Below are positions 10,035 to 19,781 of a stretch of DNA of 32,000 bases, in pieces. This DNA is from Promethearchaeota archaeon. Its GTDB lineage: Archaea; Asgardarchaeota; Lokiarchaeia; Sigyniarchaeales; Promethearchaeaceae. The stretch lies in NCBI GenBank assembly GCA_016933055.1, contig JAFGBS010000009.1:180001-212000 (forward strand). The letters run 5' to 3'. A program made the translations under genes and the position numbers. The notes beneath the pieces are model-generated. The model did no database searches and had not been told where the DNA came from. It saw only the letters and a list, made by a program, of their open reading frames with translations. Positions within the stretch are counted from its first letter, which is position 1. Every line of letters starts with the position of its first letter.

Positions 10035-10122
10035 ATCAGTAAATTGGTGAGTTTGGTTTAAAAAATTTGCATAAAAAAACAAGTCTTAAGAAAGGGTAAG
10101 ATTGAAGTGATGAAGATAAGAT

Positions 10123-11571
10123 TTAACGATCATTATATTCCTTCATAAACTGTTCAAGGTTCCAATCTTTTTCCATAAATTTCTGTAATCCCGAGGAATC
10201 CATTGGACCGACCACTACATAACAATTTGCATCATCTTCGATTGCACCACTAAGACGAGCCGCCATTCCAGGAATTACTAAAACGCGGTGATCTACTGCA
10301 TCAAACACTTTAAAATCATTAACTGCTTCAGCAACTTTATCGGAGCTTAATTGACCTCCTGCTACACCTGCTTCTATCCCCAATCCTTCAGTATCTACAA
10401 CTAAAAGATAGGAATCGATGTGAGCGTCCTTTATGTCTTGTTCCACGGGGATCTTAGTCATTCGATAATTACTCGTCATGAAAATCGGAGAATTTCTACT
10501 CGGACTTCCAATCTCAAAGAATCCTGCATCCACTCGGGGATAGATACGGGGATCGGTGAAAATATTCTGCCTATAGGTCATCAACGCCAAAGGAACCCAT
10601 ACCTCTTCTTCCGTCCGACCTGAATGGATTATTACTAAACTTACATCCACACTCAGCATCATAATTGCAGTTAATGCTTCTTTATACTGAACAGCGAAAA
10701 GTTCCTCTTCTGATGTGGGGTTATCAATGGCCCAAATGGATGCAGGAACTCCCACGGTAGGATGCTTTGTCAACTCGCTCCCATCTCTGATGGAACTATA
10801 CCGAATTTGCATTATACGATTTAAAGTTTCAGTCGAATACCCAGCACCCATGATAGTTCCGGGATCTAATGCCAATTCTGTTACTCCCATATCTTCAAGA
10901 GAATGTGCTATGGAAACTAACTCATCCAAATCAGTGGAAAAGCAAACAACTGGGAGATTCAGTTCTATGGCACATTTACCCACATCCTTCCAATTTTCCT
11001 TGGTTGCTGCATAAAGAAGCGGTTTTTTTTCTTTAATCTTTATAGCAGCACTTTTGAGCACCTCGGGATTAAAAGAACATAATATTAATGGAAGATTTAC
11101 GGAATCGGATACTAATTTTACCGTCTTTGCATACATATCGGGATTGTTGGAAGAACTACGAATTGCGATCGCATCCAAGGTCAAGTTTTCTCCGATTCGG
11201 AAGACAACAAACTCATCTAGATGCTTGACTACATCCATTAGGTTCGGCATTTCATCGTAGACTTCGACTGCAATCGCAGTTGGATTGAAAAACGTCAAAT
11301 CATGTCGGTGGAATGCTTCTTCGCCACCAATACGGCATAAATTCTTACCAGCTCCGAATTCTAGTGGTAGTTGAGGTGGTTTAATGAGTTCTTCTATTTG
11401 TTTTCTCTTCTTTGGGGGGAGATGTTTTGGAGGACAATCTTCTAATTTTACTCGACGCTCTAATAAATCCGTTACAAACTCCATACATGTGTTACGACCA
11501 CACTCTTTACAATTGCTACGATCAAGTAATTTATAAATTTGGAGGGGGGATGCTCTTTTTACCAATTCCAT
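10123..11571 (-). CDS. cdhE: Acetyl-CoA decarbonylase/synthase gamma subunit (corrinoid Fe-S protein large subunit, CdhE/AcsC)
   Basis: N-terminal NCKECG..TCMEF...CP [4Fe-4S] motif, IYTDP-like IFTDP, YLLVVDTEGLGIEAGVAGG, IPGMAARLSG and GPMDSS. Confidence 0.93.
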   Translation of the reverse strand: MELVKRASPLQIYKLLDRSNCKECGRNTCMEFVTDLLERRVKLEDCPPKHLPPKKRKQIEELIKPPQLPLEFGAGKNLCRIGGEEAFHRHDLTFFNPTAIAVEVYDEMPNLMDVVKHLDEFVVFRIGENLTLDAIAIRSSSNNPDMYAKTVKLVSDSVNLPLILCSFNPEVLKSAAIKIKEKKPLLYAATKENWKDVGKCAIELNLPVVCFSTDLDELVSIAHSLEDMGVTELALDPGTIMGAGYSTETLNRIMQIRYSSIRDGSELTKHPTVGVPASIWAIDNPTSEEELFAVQYKEALTAIMMLSVDVSLVIIHSGRTEEEVWVPLALMTYRQNIFTDPRIYPRVDAGFFEIGSPSRNSPIFMTSNYRMTKIPVEQDIKDAHIDSYLLVVDTEGLGIEAGVAGGQLSSDKVAEAVNDFKVFDAVDHRVLVIPGMAARLSGAIEDDANCYVVVGPMDSSGLQKFMEKDWNLEQFMKEYNDR

Positions 11572-11691
11572 TCACCAATATAATAAAACTAATCTGACTG
11601 GGTAATAAAAAGAGTTGTTTTGGTTTTTTCAATAAAAGGTAAAAATCGATAAATGGAATTAAATAATGTTGGAGGATAGATTGTATAGAGA

Positions 11692-13065
11692 ATGAATGAT
11701 ATCGATCGTGCAACGCAATCGGTGATGGATGCCCATGAAAACGCCAAAAATGATCCATCCCGTCCCCAATTTCATTTACTTCCACCAAGTATGTGGATGA
11801 ATGATCCAAATGGACTGATATATTATAACAACAAATATCACTTATTTTATCAGCATAATCCTTTTAGGGCTAAATGGGGCCCCATGTATTGGGGTCACGC
11901 AGAATCCTCTGATCTCATTCACTGGACCCATTTACAGATAGCATTGGCACCAGATAAAAAAAAGGGGGAAAAATACTGTTTTTCTGGTTGTTGTGTAGAT
12001 GATGATGGAATTCCTACAATTCTCTATACAAGTATACATTCCCTGCTAAATGTGTTATATGGGGGTCAAACTTGGATTGCGACAAGTGATTCCGATTTAA
12101 TTGAATGGAGACGCAATCCAAACAATCCGATAATGAAAAACTCTATGCATAACATAACTATCCGCCATTGGAGAGATCCTTACGTATGGAAAGAAAATAA
12201 TGTATGGTATATGGTAATGGGGGGTCAGCTTACCCAACCCAAACGTGGCGCTGTTTTCTTATACACGTCAACGGATTTATATCATTGGGTATATAAGGGC
12301 ATTTTCTCTGAGGGAGATCCTAACATCCATAAGAAGCCTTGGGAATGTCCCAATCTCTTAAAATGGGATAATAATGCCGTACTCATTATCTCTCCTATGG
12401 ATAAAGTGCAATTCTCACTCGTAAATTTAAAACAAGAATACACGAACTCTTCAGAATGGTTTATTTTTGATCATGGTAGGGAATTTTATGCTCCACAAGC
12501 TATAAAACACCCTCACAATGAGGAAAAATATTTATTATGGGGCTGGATCAAAGGAGGTGGAATCCAAGATCAATGGAATGGATGTTTTAGCATACCTAGA
12601 GAATTAGAATTGATCGATAACAGATTAAAAATAACTCCTTCTTCCTCAATAACACAGTTGCGTCATCACCATCGCCATTTTATCAATCAATCTGCTATAT
12701 GTAACCTTCATGATGGATGCGGGGAACTCATACTAAAAATACCCCAAGATGTTTCTTTTACCATAGATATTTACCAAAATCCAAAGAATAAATTCAGTAT
12801 TATTTACCATCCAAAATCCAATTCATTCATCATGGGAAAAGAAATTACAGAATATCATTCACTTCAGGAAGAGATTACATTGCATATATTTATCGATAGG
12901 AGTGTAATTGAGGCATTTTTTAACTATCAAGAATGTTTTACAACTCGTTTTTATCCACTCTCATACACAGACATAAGTATTGATTGTAAGGTACCAGGAA
13001 CAGAATTACTTTCGTTGGATGTATGGGATTTATCAGGAATTATCAACAATTATGCTTCAAAGTAA
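11692..13065 (+). CDS. Glycoside hydrolase family 32 (beta-fructofuranosidase / sucrose-6-phosphate hydrolase-like)
   Basis: WMNDPNG nucleophile motif, WGHA.S.DL.HW, FSG, RDP and the WECP acid/base motif, plus FYAPQ. No signal peptide. Confidence 0.93.
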   Translation: MNDIDRATQSVMDAHENAKNDPSRPQFHLLPPSMWMNDPNGLIYYNNKYHLFYQHNPFRAKWGPMYWGHAESSDLIHWTHLQIALAPDKKKGEKYCFSGCCVDDDGIPTILYTSIHSLLNVLYGGQTWIATSDSDLIEWRRNPNNPIMKNSMHNITIRHWRDPYVWKENNVWYMVMGGQLTQPKRGAVFLYTSTDLYHWVYKGIFSEGDPNIHKKPWECPNLLKWDNNAVLIISPMDKVQFSLVNLKQEYTNSSEWFIFDHGREFYAPQAIKHPHNEEKYLLWGWIKGGGIQDQWNGCFSIPRELELIDNRLKITPSSSITQLRHHHRHFINQSAICNLHDGCGELILKIPQDVSFTIDIYQNPKNKFSIIYHPKSNSFIMGKEITEYHSLQEEITLHIFIDRSVIEAFFNYQECFTTRFYPLSYTDISIDCKVPGTELLSLDVWDLSGIINNYASK

Positions 13066-14307
13066 TCTATCATAGAAATTTTCATCTGAATCTCTACGTA
13101 AATATCGAATATTTGGCATTCGATAATTGAATTGTACTTTAAATTTACGAAGAGGGGAATTGGAACACGGATTTCCGTCTTGAAAACTTATTCGCATTTT
13201 ACGAGGATTAATATAAACGCTAGATAACGTTTTAAACAAATTATTGCTATGCCTACACACGGTTTCATCCATCTCATTAGGTGGTCTTTGGTGATCTGAC
13301 ACTGCTTCTCTAAGGGAGCTCGCCGTAATCAATCTTCGACCAGCTTGATCTTCCATTAACTCTCTCATACGTTTAAGTCTCCAGTTGCTTAACTCGATGA
13401 TTTTAAATCCTTCCAGACCCTCAACCGTCCATTCTGAATCATCTGGAATTTGGTGGGCTTTCATCGTGGGGTCCATATAATTATTTGAAGCACAGGTAAT
13501 ATATCCACTTTCTACTGGTTCCATAGCTCTTACAGCTCCAGTAGTTGCACTTCTTTCGACTATTCTACCATCATTGTTTTTATCTAGAATTAAGAATATC
13601 CATCCCACTGGCATAGGAGCTTTCATCAGATAATCTACAGCTTCATCCGTAGTTTTAAGAGTTTCCAGCACTTCTTGAACGAACATAGTACCGGGGGGAT
13701 TTGCCAAATCCAAATCTGTTGAATATGCGGCATTCATTGTAATTCCCAAACCCTTTTCATTTATTCCGGAAACAATACCAGGCAATGGACCTTCGCCCAT
13801 CCCAACCGTAGAATACTCATTTGTAGTTAAATCACAAAATCGAATAATTTGATACTGCTCTAATTCAATGGGAAAATCGAAATTTTTCACCAAGAAACCT
13901 TGGTTAAAACGATTCGTAACTATACCAGCTGTACATCCACGCCCTCGAGGTACTTTTGTGTCAAGATCCATTTTTCCCGAAAAGTTTTCGAAAAATAAGG
14001 CTTTTGCCAGTTTTTCGGTCTTTAATCCGAACCCTTCTGCTATTCCGGTCAATTTTTCATATTGATTTGGCAGAATTTTCTCAATATTTTTCTCCATCTT
14101 ACGTGCTCCACTGGTTATGATTTGATCAAATACGAAATTGAATACTCCTTTACCAACTTGACCAACAATCGGTGCAGCTTGGACAAAATTCATCCCACGC
14201 AGCATTTTAGTCATTGAAATCCTACCAACTAAAGCATAATATAATCTACCTTGTTGAACCCCGACTTCATAATGTTCTCCACGTGTATTGATTCGATCCA
14301 CAGGCAT
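13057..14307 (-). CDS. C45 family Ntn hydrolase (acyl-CoA:6-APA acyltransferase-like, autoproteolytic)
   Basis: G.HYEVG.QQG pro-region, GCT nucleophile site (Cys125), KNFDF, GINEKGL..T.NA, and T..SV near the C-terminus. Confidence 0.85.
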   Translation of the reverse strand: MPVDRINTRGEHYEVGVQQGRLYYALVGRISMTKMLRGMNFVQAAPIVGQVGKGVFNFVFDQIITSGARKMEKNIEKILPNQYEKLTGIAEGFGLKTEKLAKALFFENFSGKMDLDTKVPRGRGCTAGIVTNRFNQGFLVKNFDFPIELEQYQIIRFCDLTTNEYSTVGMGEGPLPGIVSGINEKGLGITMNAAYSTDLDLANPPGTMFVQEVLETLKTTDEAVDYLMKAPMPVGWIFLILDKNNDGRIVERSATTGAVRAMEPVESGYITCASNNYMDPTMKAHQIPDDSEWTVEGLEGFKIIELSNWRLKRMRELMEDQAGRRLITASSLREAVSDHQRPPNEMDETVCRHSNNLFKTLSSVYINPRKMRISFQDGNPCSNSPLRKFKVQFNYRMPNIRYLRRDSDENFYDRLL

Positions 14308-14531
14308 AGGTTTTAATCACTAAATTAAATTCTTAGAAATTGTAAAATCATTCCTATCTTAACTATGTATATTTAACAAATTTAAAAATTCACTCGATCA
14401 ACGAATTTCAAAATAGACTTATGCACATTAAGAGATCCAAAATGGAAAATTTTTAATGGTATTTTCCACAAAATGGGATAACTAACGAAGATCTTTGAAG
14501 ATCTGAAGACTACACTAGAAATAGATGCACC

Positions 14532-14930
14532 ATGGCAAATACTCATCATCGAAGTCGAAGAACTAAAACAGGCAAAAAGTTGCGGAAAGCTCGGAAGAAA
14601 CGTAAGTTCGAATTAGCTTCTCCGCCAATCGAAACAAAAATAGGAACGGATCGAAAAAAGATTGCTCGAACCCGTGGAGGTAACCAAAAATTAAAACTTT
14701 TCAATGCAGAGAAGGTCAATGTGGTAAACCCGAAAACGGGGGAAGTTAAATCGACCGCTATTAAACGAGTAGAAGTAAATCCTTGTTCCATCGATTACTC
14801 CCGAAGATCTATAATTACTAAAGGAGCTATTTTGGAGACAGAGTTAGGATACGTGAAAGTTACCTCTAGACCAGGACAGCATGGTTTGTTAAATGGTGTA
14901 GTTGTTGAATACAGCAAGAGTAAGAAATAA
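14532..14930 (+). CDS. rps8e: 30S ribosomal protein eS8
   Basis: RKKRKFEL, RTRGGNQK, IITKGAILETELG and VTSRPGQHGLLNGV. Confidence 0.97.
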   Translation: MANTHHRSRRTKTGKKLRKARKKRKFELASPPIETKIGTDRKKIARTRGGNQKLKLFNAEKVNVVNPKTGEVKSTAIKRVEVNPCSIDYSRRSIITKGAILETELGYVKVTSRPGQHGLLNGVVVEYSKSKK

Positions 14931-14954
14931 AGAGACATAGCAAAGTGAAAACAA

Positions 14955-15224
14955 ATGGTTAGACCGTTATATAGATCCCGGAGTATGGCTCGTAAGAAAC
15001 GAAATACCCCTGGAAATCGAAATACAATTATCTATCGGCGAAGAAATCCTTCCAGAGCGAAATGTGCATTATGTGGAGCAACTTTAGGTGGGGTTCCAGC
15101 TAAACGACCAGCAAAGATGAAAAAAATTCCCAAAGTTTCAAAACGTCCAGAACGTCAATATGGTGGACGAATATGTCACAACTGTCTAAAGAGTTCTTTG
15201 GTGGAAGTCTCAAAAGACTTGTAG
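14955..15224 (+). CDS. rpl34e: 50S ribosomal protein eL34
   Basis: TPGNR, CALCG...LGGVP and KRPERQYGG.ICHNC zinc-finger motifs. Confidence 0.96.
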   Translation: MVRPLYRSRSMARKKRNTPGNRNTIIYRRRNPSRAKCALCGATLGGVPAKRPAKMKKIPKVSKRPERQYGGRICHNCLKSSLVEVSKDL

Positions 15225-15355
15225 ATTATCTCCATAATAAAATTATCAACTTTCTTCTCTTCAATCTTGATGTTCTAATATACATTAATTCAAATCAGAT
15301 CCCCCCTACTCCGAATGACAAAAATTTATAGTCATGATTCTTCTAATTTCCTATA

Positions 15356-15901
15356 ATGGGTAAATTCAGCACTTTCATGGGATTACTGTTAGGCACTGTA
15401 ATTGCATTTTTTGGAGTGTTTTTCTTTAATTTTATGAATTTCTTAACTTACGATGGTAGAAACCTTACAGATTTGTTTGGAGAGATTATACAAAATCCAT
15501 TTGTGGGATTATATGAATTTTCTTGGATATCTTTTCGATTTAATTTATTCAATTTTATTTTTGTTCTACCTAATATTCCAAATAAGGTTTTATTTCTAAT
15601 CGAATTCTTTCTTCCAGTGTTTCTCACATGGTTTTTTAGCGGTTTGATTACTGGTTTACTTGTAATAGGAGCTAAACGTGGTCTTTTATTCGGGTTTATA
15701 GTAATCTCTTTTCTTGTAATTCTATGGTTGTGTTTTGCCGTAATTTCGGGTGCCAACATCACCTTTGTGTTTGTACAAAATATCTATGAAACGGGAGGAG
15801 GAATCCTTACTGCCTTGTTTTCGGTTCTGATAGGTGGTGTAATTGGCGGAGCGATTTCAGGAACCATTTCTAAAAAAAACCAGTTAAAAAAGCCGGGTTG
15901 A
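15356..15901 (+). CDS. Hypothetical membrane protein (4-5 TM helices)
   Basis: 181 aa, highly hydrophobic, with GxxxG-rich helices and a basic C-terminus. Family not recognised. Confidence 0.65.
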   Translation: MGKFSTFMGLLLGTVIAFFGVFFFNFMNFLTYDGRNLTDLFGEIIQNPFVGLYEFSWISFRFNLFNFIFVLPNIPNKVLFLIEFFLPVFLTWFFSGLITGLLVIGAKRGLLFGFIVISFLVILWLCFAVISGANITFVFVQNIYETGGGILTALFSVLIGGVIGGAISGTISKKNQLKKPG

Positions 15902-15915
15902 TCTAATTTTCCAGA

Positions 15916-17271
15916 TTATACAAACTTTTTTTGAACATTCGTGTAAATCTGTCTGACATTTTGAACCCAATTTGAAAGAAATGCAGGTGAAGATGGATAT
16001 CGCCTATACACAGCTTTAATTTCTTGCATCTGATTACGTAAATAATAAAGATCCATGAGAATAGACGGGTTAGATAAACCCCGTATAACTTTACCAATTA
16101 TTGCACCTATAGGTAATGGAAGTTCTCCGGTTGCTGTAATGCCTATTATTTCTTCGCTTGTGATTAATTGTTTTTTTAACACAAAATTCAATACATCATT
16201 TGGGAATTTTTGAATCGCAACACGCAATAAATCTAATGGAGCAAATTCTGCAGCAATAGTTTTCTGAGATAATAAATTATAATTCCACAACGCTAAAGCA
16301 TCATATTTTCCAAGGGCTTCAGCTTTTTCATATGCTTGAATCGCAAAATAACCCGCTTGCATGGAAGAAAATAGCCCTCCGCCCGTAATGGGATTCACTT
16401 GCATTGCAGCATCTCCAACAAATAGGATTCCATTCGCAACACCAGTAAAAAGAGGTTTGCATACAGATACCAACCCCGATCCTCCATTAATCTTAGTACA
16501 TATTTCTTTTCCAATAAATGGTTTATACACGTACTTCTGGTAGTATTCTATTAATCGGTCTTTGTATTTTTCTGACACTCCGAATCCTAGATTAACTTCG
16601 TTTTCATTTCTGGGGAAATACCATATATATCCTCCAGGAGCTCGTTGATTATCCATATAAATTGATATATAATTTTGATCAACTACTACAGGATTTTTCA
16701 GTTTTAAAATCTCACGATAACAGACGATATAATCAGTAGGTGATATTTCTTTATCCAAAAAAGGGAAGTCTATTTTTCTTCGTAATGGTGTATGAAATCC
16801 ACTGGCATCGATTATCACATTTGCTCGTAGTTCTTTTTCCTCCAGAATTTTGCTCTTTATTCTTACACCTATGATTTGTTCCTTATCATATAAGGGAGAA
16901 AGTGCATGAGTATTGTCAAATAATTCCGCACCTGCATCAATAGCATCTAACATTAATCTTTGACCGAATTGCAGACGATCAATAATATAACCTGCTTGAG
17001 CTCGATCTTTTATTGTAATGCAATAATGGCTATCTGGAGGGTATAATTTCGATCCATTGATTATATTCAAATACTCTCCTTTTTTTGGATGAGGAATTCC
17101 TAAATTATCAAATATTTGACTTCCAATTCCATCTCCACAAATTTTATCCCCGATCTTCTCTTTAGGTTTTCCATCCAACAGGCATACGTTAAATCCTTTT
17201 TTTGCAGCAAAATATGCTGCAATAGTTCCAGCAGCTCCTGCACCTACAATTAGCAAGTCATATTTTTTCAT
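15916..17271 (-). CDS. Geranylgeranyl reductase family FAD oxidoreductase (digeranylgeranylglycerophospholipid reductase)
   Basis: GAGAAG dinucleotide motif, KICGDG, DASG, PGGYIWYFP (YxWxFP) and GDAA..VNPITGGG. Lies in the lipid operon. Confidence 0.92.
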   Translation of the reverse strand: MKKYDLLIVGAGAAGTIAAYFAAKKGFNVCLLDGKPKEKIGDKICGDGIGSQIFDNLGIPHPKKGEYLNIINGSKLYPPDSHYCITIKDRAQAGYIIDRLQFGQRLMLDAIDAGAELFDNTHALSPLYDKEQIIGVRIKSKILEEKELRANVIIDASGFHTPLRRKIDFPFLDKEISPTDYIVCYREILKLKNPVVVDQNYISIYMDNQRAPGGYIWYFPRNENEVNLGFGVSEKYKDRLIEYYQKYVYKPFIGKEICTKINGGSGLVSVCKPLFTGVANGILFVGDAAMQVNPITGGGLFSSMQAGYFAIQAYEKAEALGKYDALALWNYNLLSQKTIAAEFAPLDLLRVAIQKFPNDVLNFVLKKQLITSEEIIGITATGELPLPIGAIIGKVIRGLSNPSILMDLYYLRNQMQEIKAVYRRYPSSPAFLSNWVQNVRQIYTNVQKKFV

Positions 17272-17290
17272 CTAGTGTCACTTAGACGTA

Positions 17291-18067
17291 TTATCCGTAT
17301 AATCCAATTGATCCGGGAAAAAGAAGTACCGTTAAACCAAAAGTAAGTAAACATCCCGTAATGGGAACTGTCAGATCATCGATATTCGAAGGGCTGAAGA
17401 TTTCCACAACAGTGGAATTTGCAGCCATCAATAAAGATAGTATTGTAATCCAAAAATATTCCATTTCTTGGACATTATCAGGAAACCACTGACCAAAAAA
17501 GCTAAATCCAAAGAAGCTGAGTAAAAAAGCGGATATGAACATCGTCGTACTTCCTTCTATGGTACGAATTGTTTTCGTGTACTTAAGATTGATATAATGT
17601 TTTCCCCATTTTCTGCCTACCCATGCTGCCGCAGTATCACTAATCATCATAACCATAATGCTGCTCGCTGGAAAATAAAAATATCGAACCGCAGAAGGAA
17701 ATGAAAAAATAAACACCAAAATGTTGATTGCTAAAGCATATGAAAAGGGTCCACTGAGGTAACCTTTTTCTTGCTCATCCTTCTCTGCGATTGCTTCAAA
17801 TACGGGTTTCCCAATGTTTTTAGGCCCAGCAAACCTTGTGAATATCAACACAGAGATGGAAATGATGAGAGCTAGAAATGGCAGAGATAAATAGGGAACA
17901 ATAAAAACAGCAAACCCAGCAAAAAGATGAACTATCTTTCGTGCTGAATGAGATGTTATTATATTCCCCCTCTTCAACATGATGGAAACTCCGATGACTA
18001 ACAAAACATACAAAAAAGCGCCAGATAATAAAATAATATCTAATTGGAGTGGAGTTATTTCCGCCAT
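17291..18067 (-). CDS. CTP-dependent polyprenol/lipid kinase (SEC59 dolichol kinase / VTE5 phytol kinase / DGK1 family)
   Basis: RKIVH..AG, SDTAAAWVGRKWGKH, RTIEGS and NIDDLTVP motifs; about 8 TM helices. Confidence 0.82.
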   Translation of the reverse strand: MAEITPLQLDIILLSGAFLYVLLVIGVSIMLKRGNIITSHSARKIVHLFAGFAVFIVPYLSLPFLALIISISVLIFTRFAGPKNIGKPVFEAIAEKDEQEKGYLSGPFSYALAINILVFIFSFPSAVRYFYFPASSIMVMMISDTAAAWVGRKWGKHYINLKYTKTIRTIEGSTTMFISAFLLSFFGFSFFGQWFPDNVQEMEYFWITILSLLMAANSTVVEIFSPSNIDDLTVPITGCLLTFGLTVLLFPGSIGLYG

Positions 18068-18094
18068 GGTTCAATATACCTAATAGGTCTCTAT

Positions 18095-19012
18095 CTATCC
18101 ATAATCTTTGAATATTGCCAGAATATACCCAATTAGACCCACATAAGCTGCAATTTTCAAGCATAAACTGGCTTTAGTTTGACGATTCATCTGATCTGGT
18201 TTGATAAGGAGTATAATCGAAACTAACACAAAAACATTCCCAATTCCTATGGTTATCATAAACCACACATTCAAGGAATACACGATCGCAGGGATAATAT
18301 AAGTTATTATTGCTATTAGAGAAAAAAACCCCGATAATATTGCCGTGAATTTATATCCTCGTACACTGGCGACTGTTTTCACCTGAAACTCGGTATCTCC
18401 TATAACATCTTCCATTCCTTTCACTAATTCTCTACTAATTAATAAACTCACCGCAGTGGCATAGAAAAACCATAAATAATCGGGAATTTGAGATATTTGC
18501 GAAATTAACAATGCTCCAAACGGGATTCCTGAGGAGAATGCAATTCCTACGATAACATTTCCCATAAATCCGCTCCTTTTGCCCTTCCAATTATAAAGAA
18601 ATCCAATAAATCCAAAAAAAAATCCCAGAAGTGGGATGAGAATTTTGTTTGGGGTAAAAAAACCTAAGGGGATTGATAAAAATATCCCCAATCCCATTAG
18701 AATGCTGGAATAGATAATTGCGCTTTTTTGAGTGATCTTTCCACTGGGAATAGGTCTATTTGGGCGATTTATCGAGTCAATATTAAGATCAAAAATATCA
18801 TTTATAACATTTGAAGCTGCAGCAATCAAAATATAGACACATAATCCTCCAAAGAGAGCAATAACATGGTAAGTATTTTGAAAAAAATCCGTTCCAGAAT
18901 ATGCATTCAATATACCGATAACTACGGTAAGACTTCCAAATAAGCAGTTTAGAGGACGTATGATTTGAATATATGCCAAAATCTGGGAATAGGATTTAGG
19001 AACTTGATTCAA
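18095..19012 (-). CDS. Digeranylgeranylglyceryl phosphate synthase (DGGGPS, UbiA family)
   Basis: IIRPLNC, NVINDIFDLNIDSINRPNRPIPSG (first Asp-rich motif) and RELVKGMEDVIGD (second). TTG start overlapping the upstream stop by 17 bp; adjacent to GGGPS. Confidence 0.92.
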   Translation of the reverse strand: MNQVPKSYSQILAYIQIIRPLNCLFGSLTVVIGILNAYSGTDFFQNTYHVIALFGGLCVYILIAAASNVINDIFDLNIDSINRPNRPIPSGKITQKSAIIYSSILMGLGIFLSIPLGFFTPNKILIPLLGFFFGFIGFLYNWKGKRSGFMGNVIVGIAFSSGIPFGALLISQISQIPDYLWFFYATAVSLLISRELVKGMEDVIGDTEFQVKTVASVRGYKFTAILSGFFSLIAIITYIIPAIVYSLNVWFMITIGIGNVFVLVSIILLIKPDQMNRQTKASLCLKIAAYVGLIGYILAIFKDYG

Positions 19013-19781
19013 GCTTTTTCTTTCCTGCTAGTTTTATAGCTGCTATAGTCTCTGATAAGGATTTTCCGTGATCTTTTAATAACATTTCTTCAAGGATCGT
19101 TCCCTGTACAATCAAATCTGCACCAGCATTTACTATTGCTACAGCATCAGCTTTCGTTCGAATTCCCCCCCCAACAATAATAGGAATAGTTAGGGATTTT
19201 TTTATAAGTCGAATTATAGATTCGGGTACGGTAGCCTCTGAACCAGACCCTGCTTCTAAATAAACCATTTTAAAACCAAAGTACTCTGCTGCCAGTGCAT
19301 ATCCCAAGGAGATTTCTGGTTTGGATCGAGGAAGTAATTTAACGTCTCCCAGCCAGCCTGCACCTGATCCAGGCTCCACAATAAGGTAAGCAGTTCCAAT
19401 TGGTTCCATATCAAAAGATTTCATAGTAAATGAGGCGAGAGCTTGTTGTCCCGAAATGTAATAATGATTTGTAGAATTCAGCAAACTCATAAATAAGGCT
19501 GCATCCGCTTTTGCACTTATACCGCTAATACTTCCTGGAAATAAAATTACAGGGAGGTTACATTGTTTTTTGATATCGAGAATAGTGTTATCAATATAAG
19601 CACGGTCAAAACAGGTACTTCCTCCAATAAATATAATATCTGTGCCTGCAGCAGCAGCAATTTTAGCCATTTTACCAGCATCTTCGATGGTTTGTTTTAT
19701 TGGATCGGGATCAATAAGGCTAACATGTAATACACCTTCTTGTTGCAGTTGTTGTACAATTTTATTATAGATCTCATTCAT
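18996..19781 (-). CDS. Geranylgeranylglyceryl phosphate synthase (GGGPS, group II, PcrB family)
   Basis: LIDPD, FIGGST, PVILFPG, AYLIVEPG, YLEAGSG and VGGGIRT. The ATG at 19781 overlaps the upstream stop and is preferred over 19820. Confidence 0.95.
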   Translation of the reverse strand: MNEIYNKIVQQLQQEGVLHVSLIDPDPIKQTIEDAGKMAKIAAAAGTDIIFIGGSTCFDRAYIDNTILDIKKQCNLPVILFPGSISGISAKADAALFMSLLNSTNHYYISGQQALASFTMKSFDMEPIGTAYLIVEPGSGAGWLGDVKLLPRSKPEISLGYALAAEYFGFKMVYLEAGSGSEATVPESIIRLIKKSLTIPIIVGGGIRTKADAVAIVNAGADLIVQGTILEEMLLKDHGKSLSETIAAIKLAGKKKLESSS

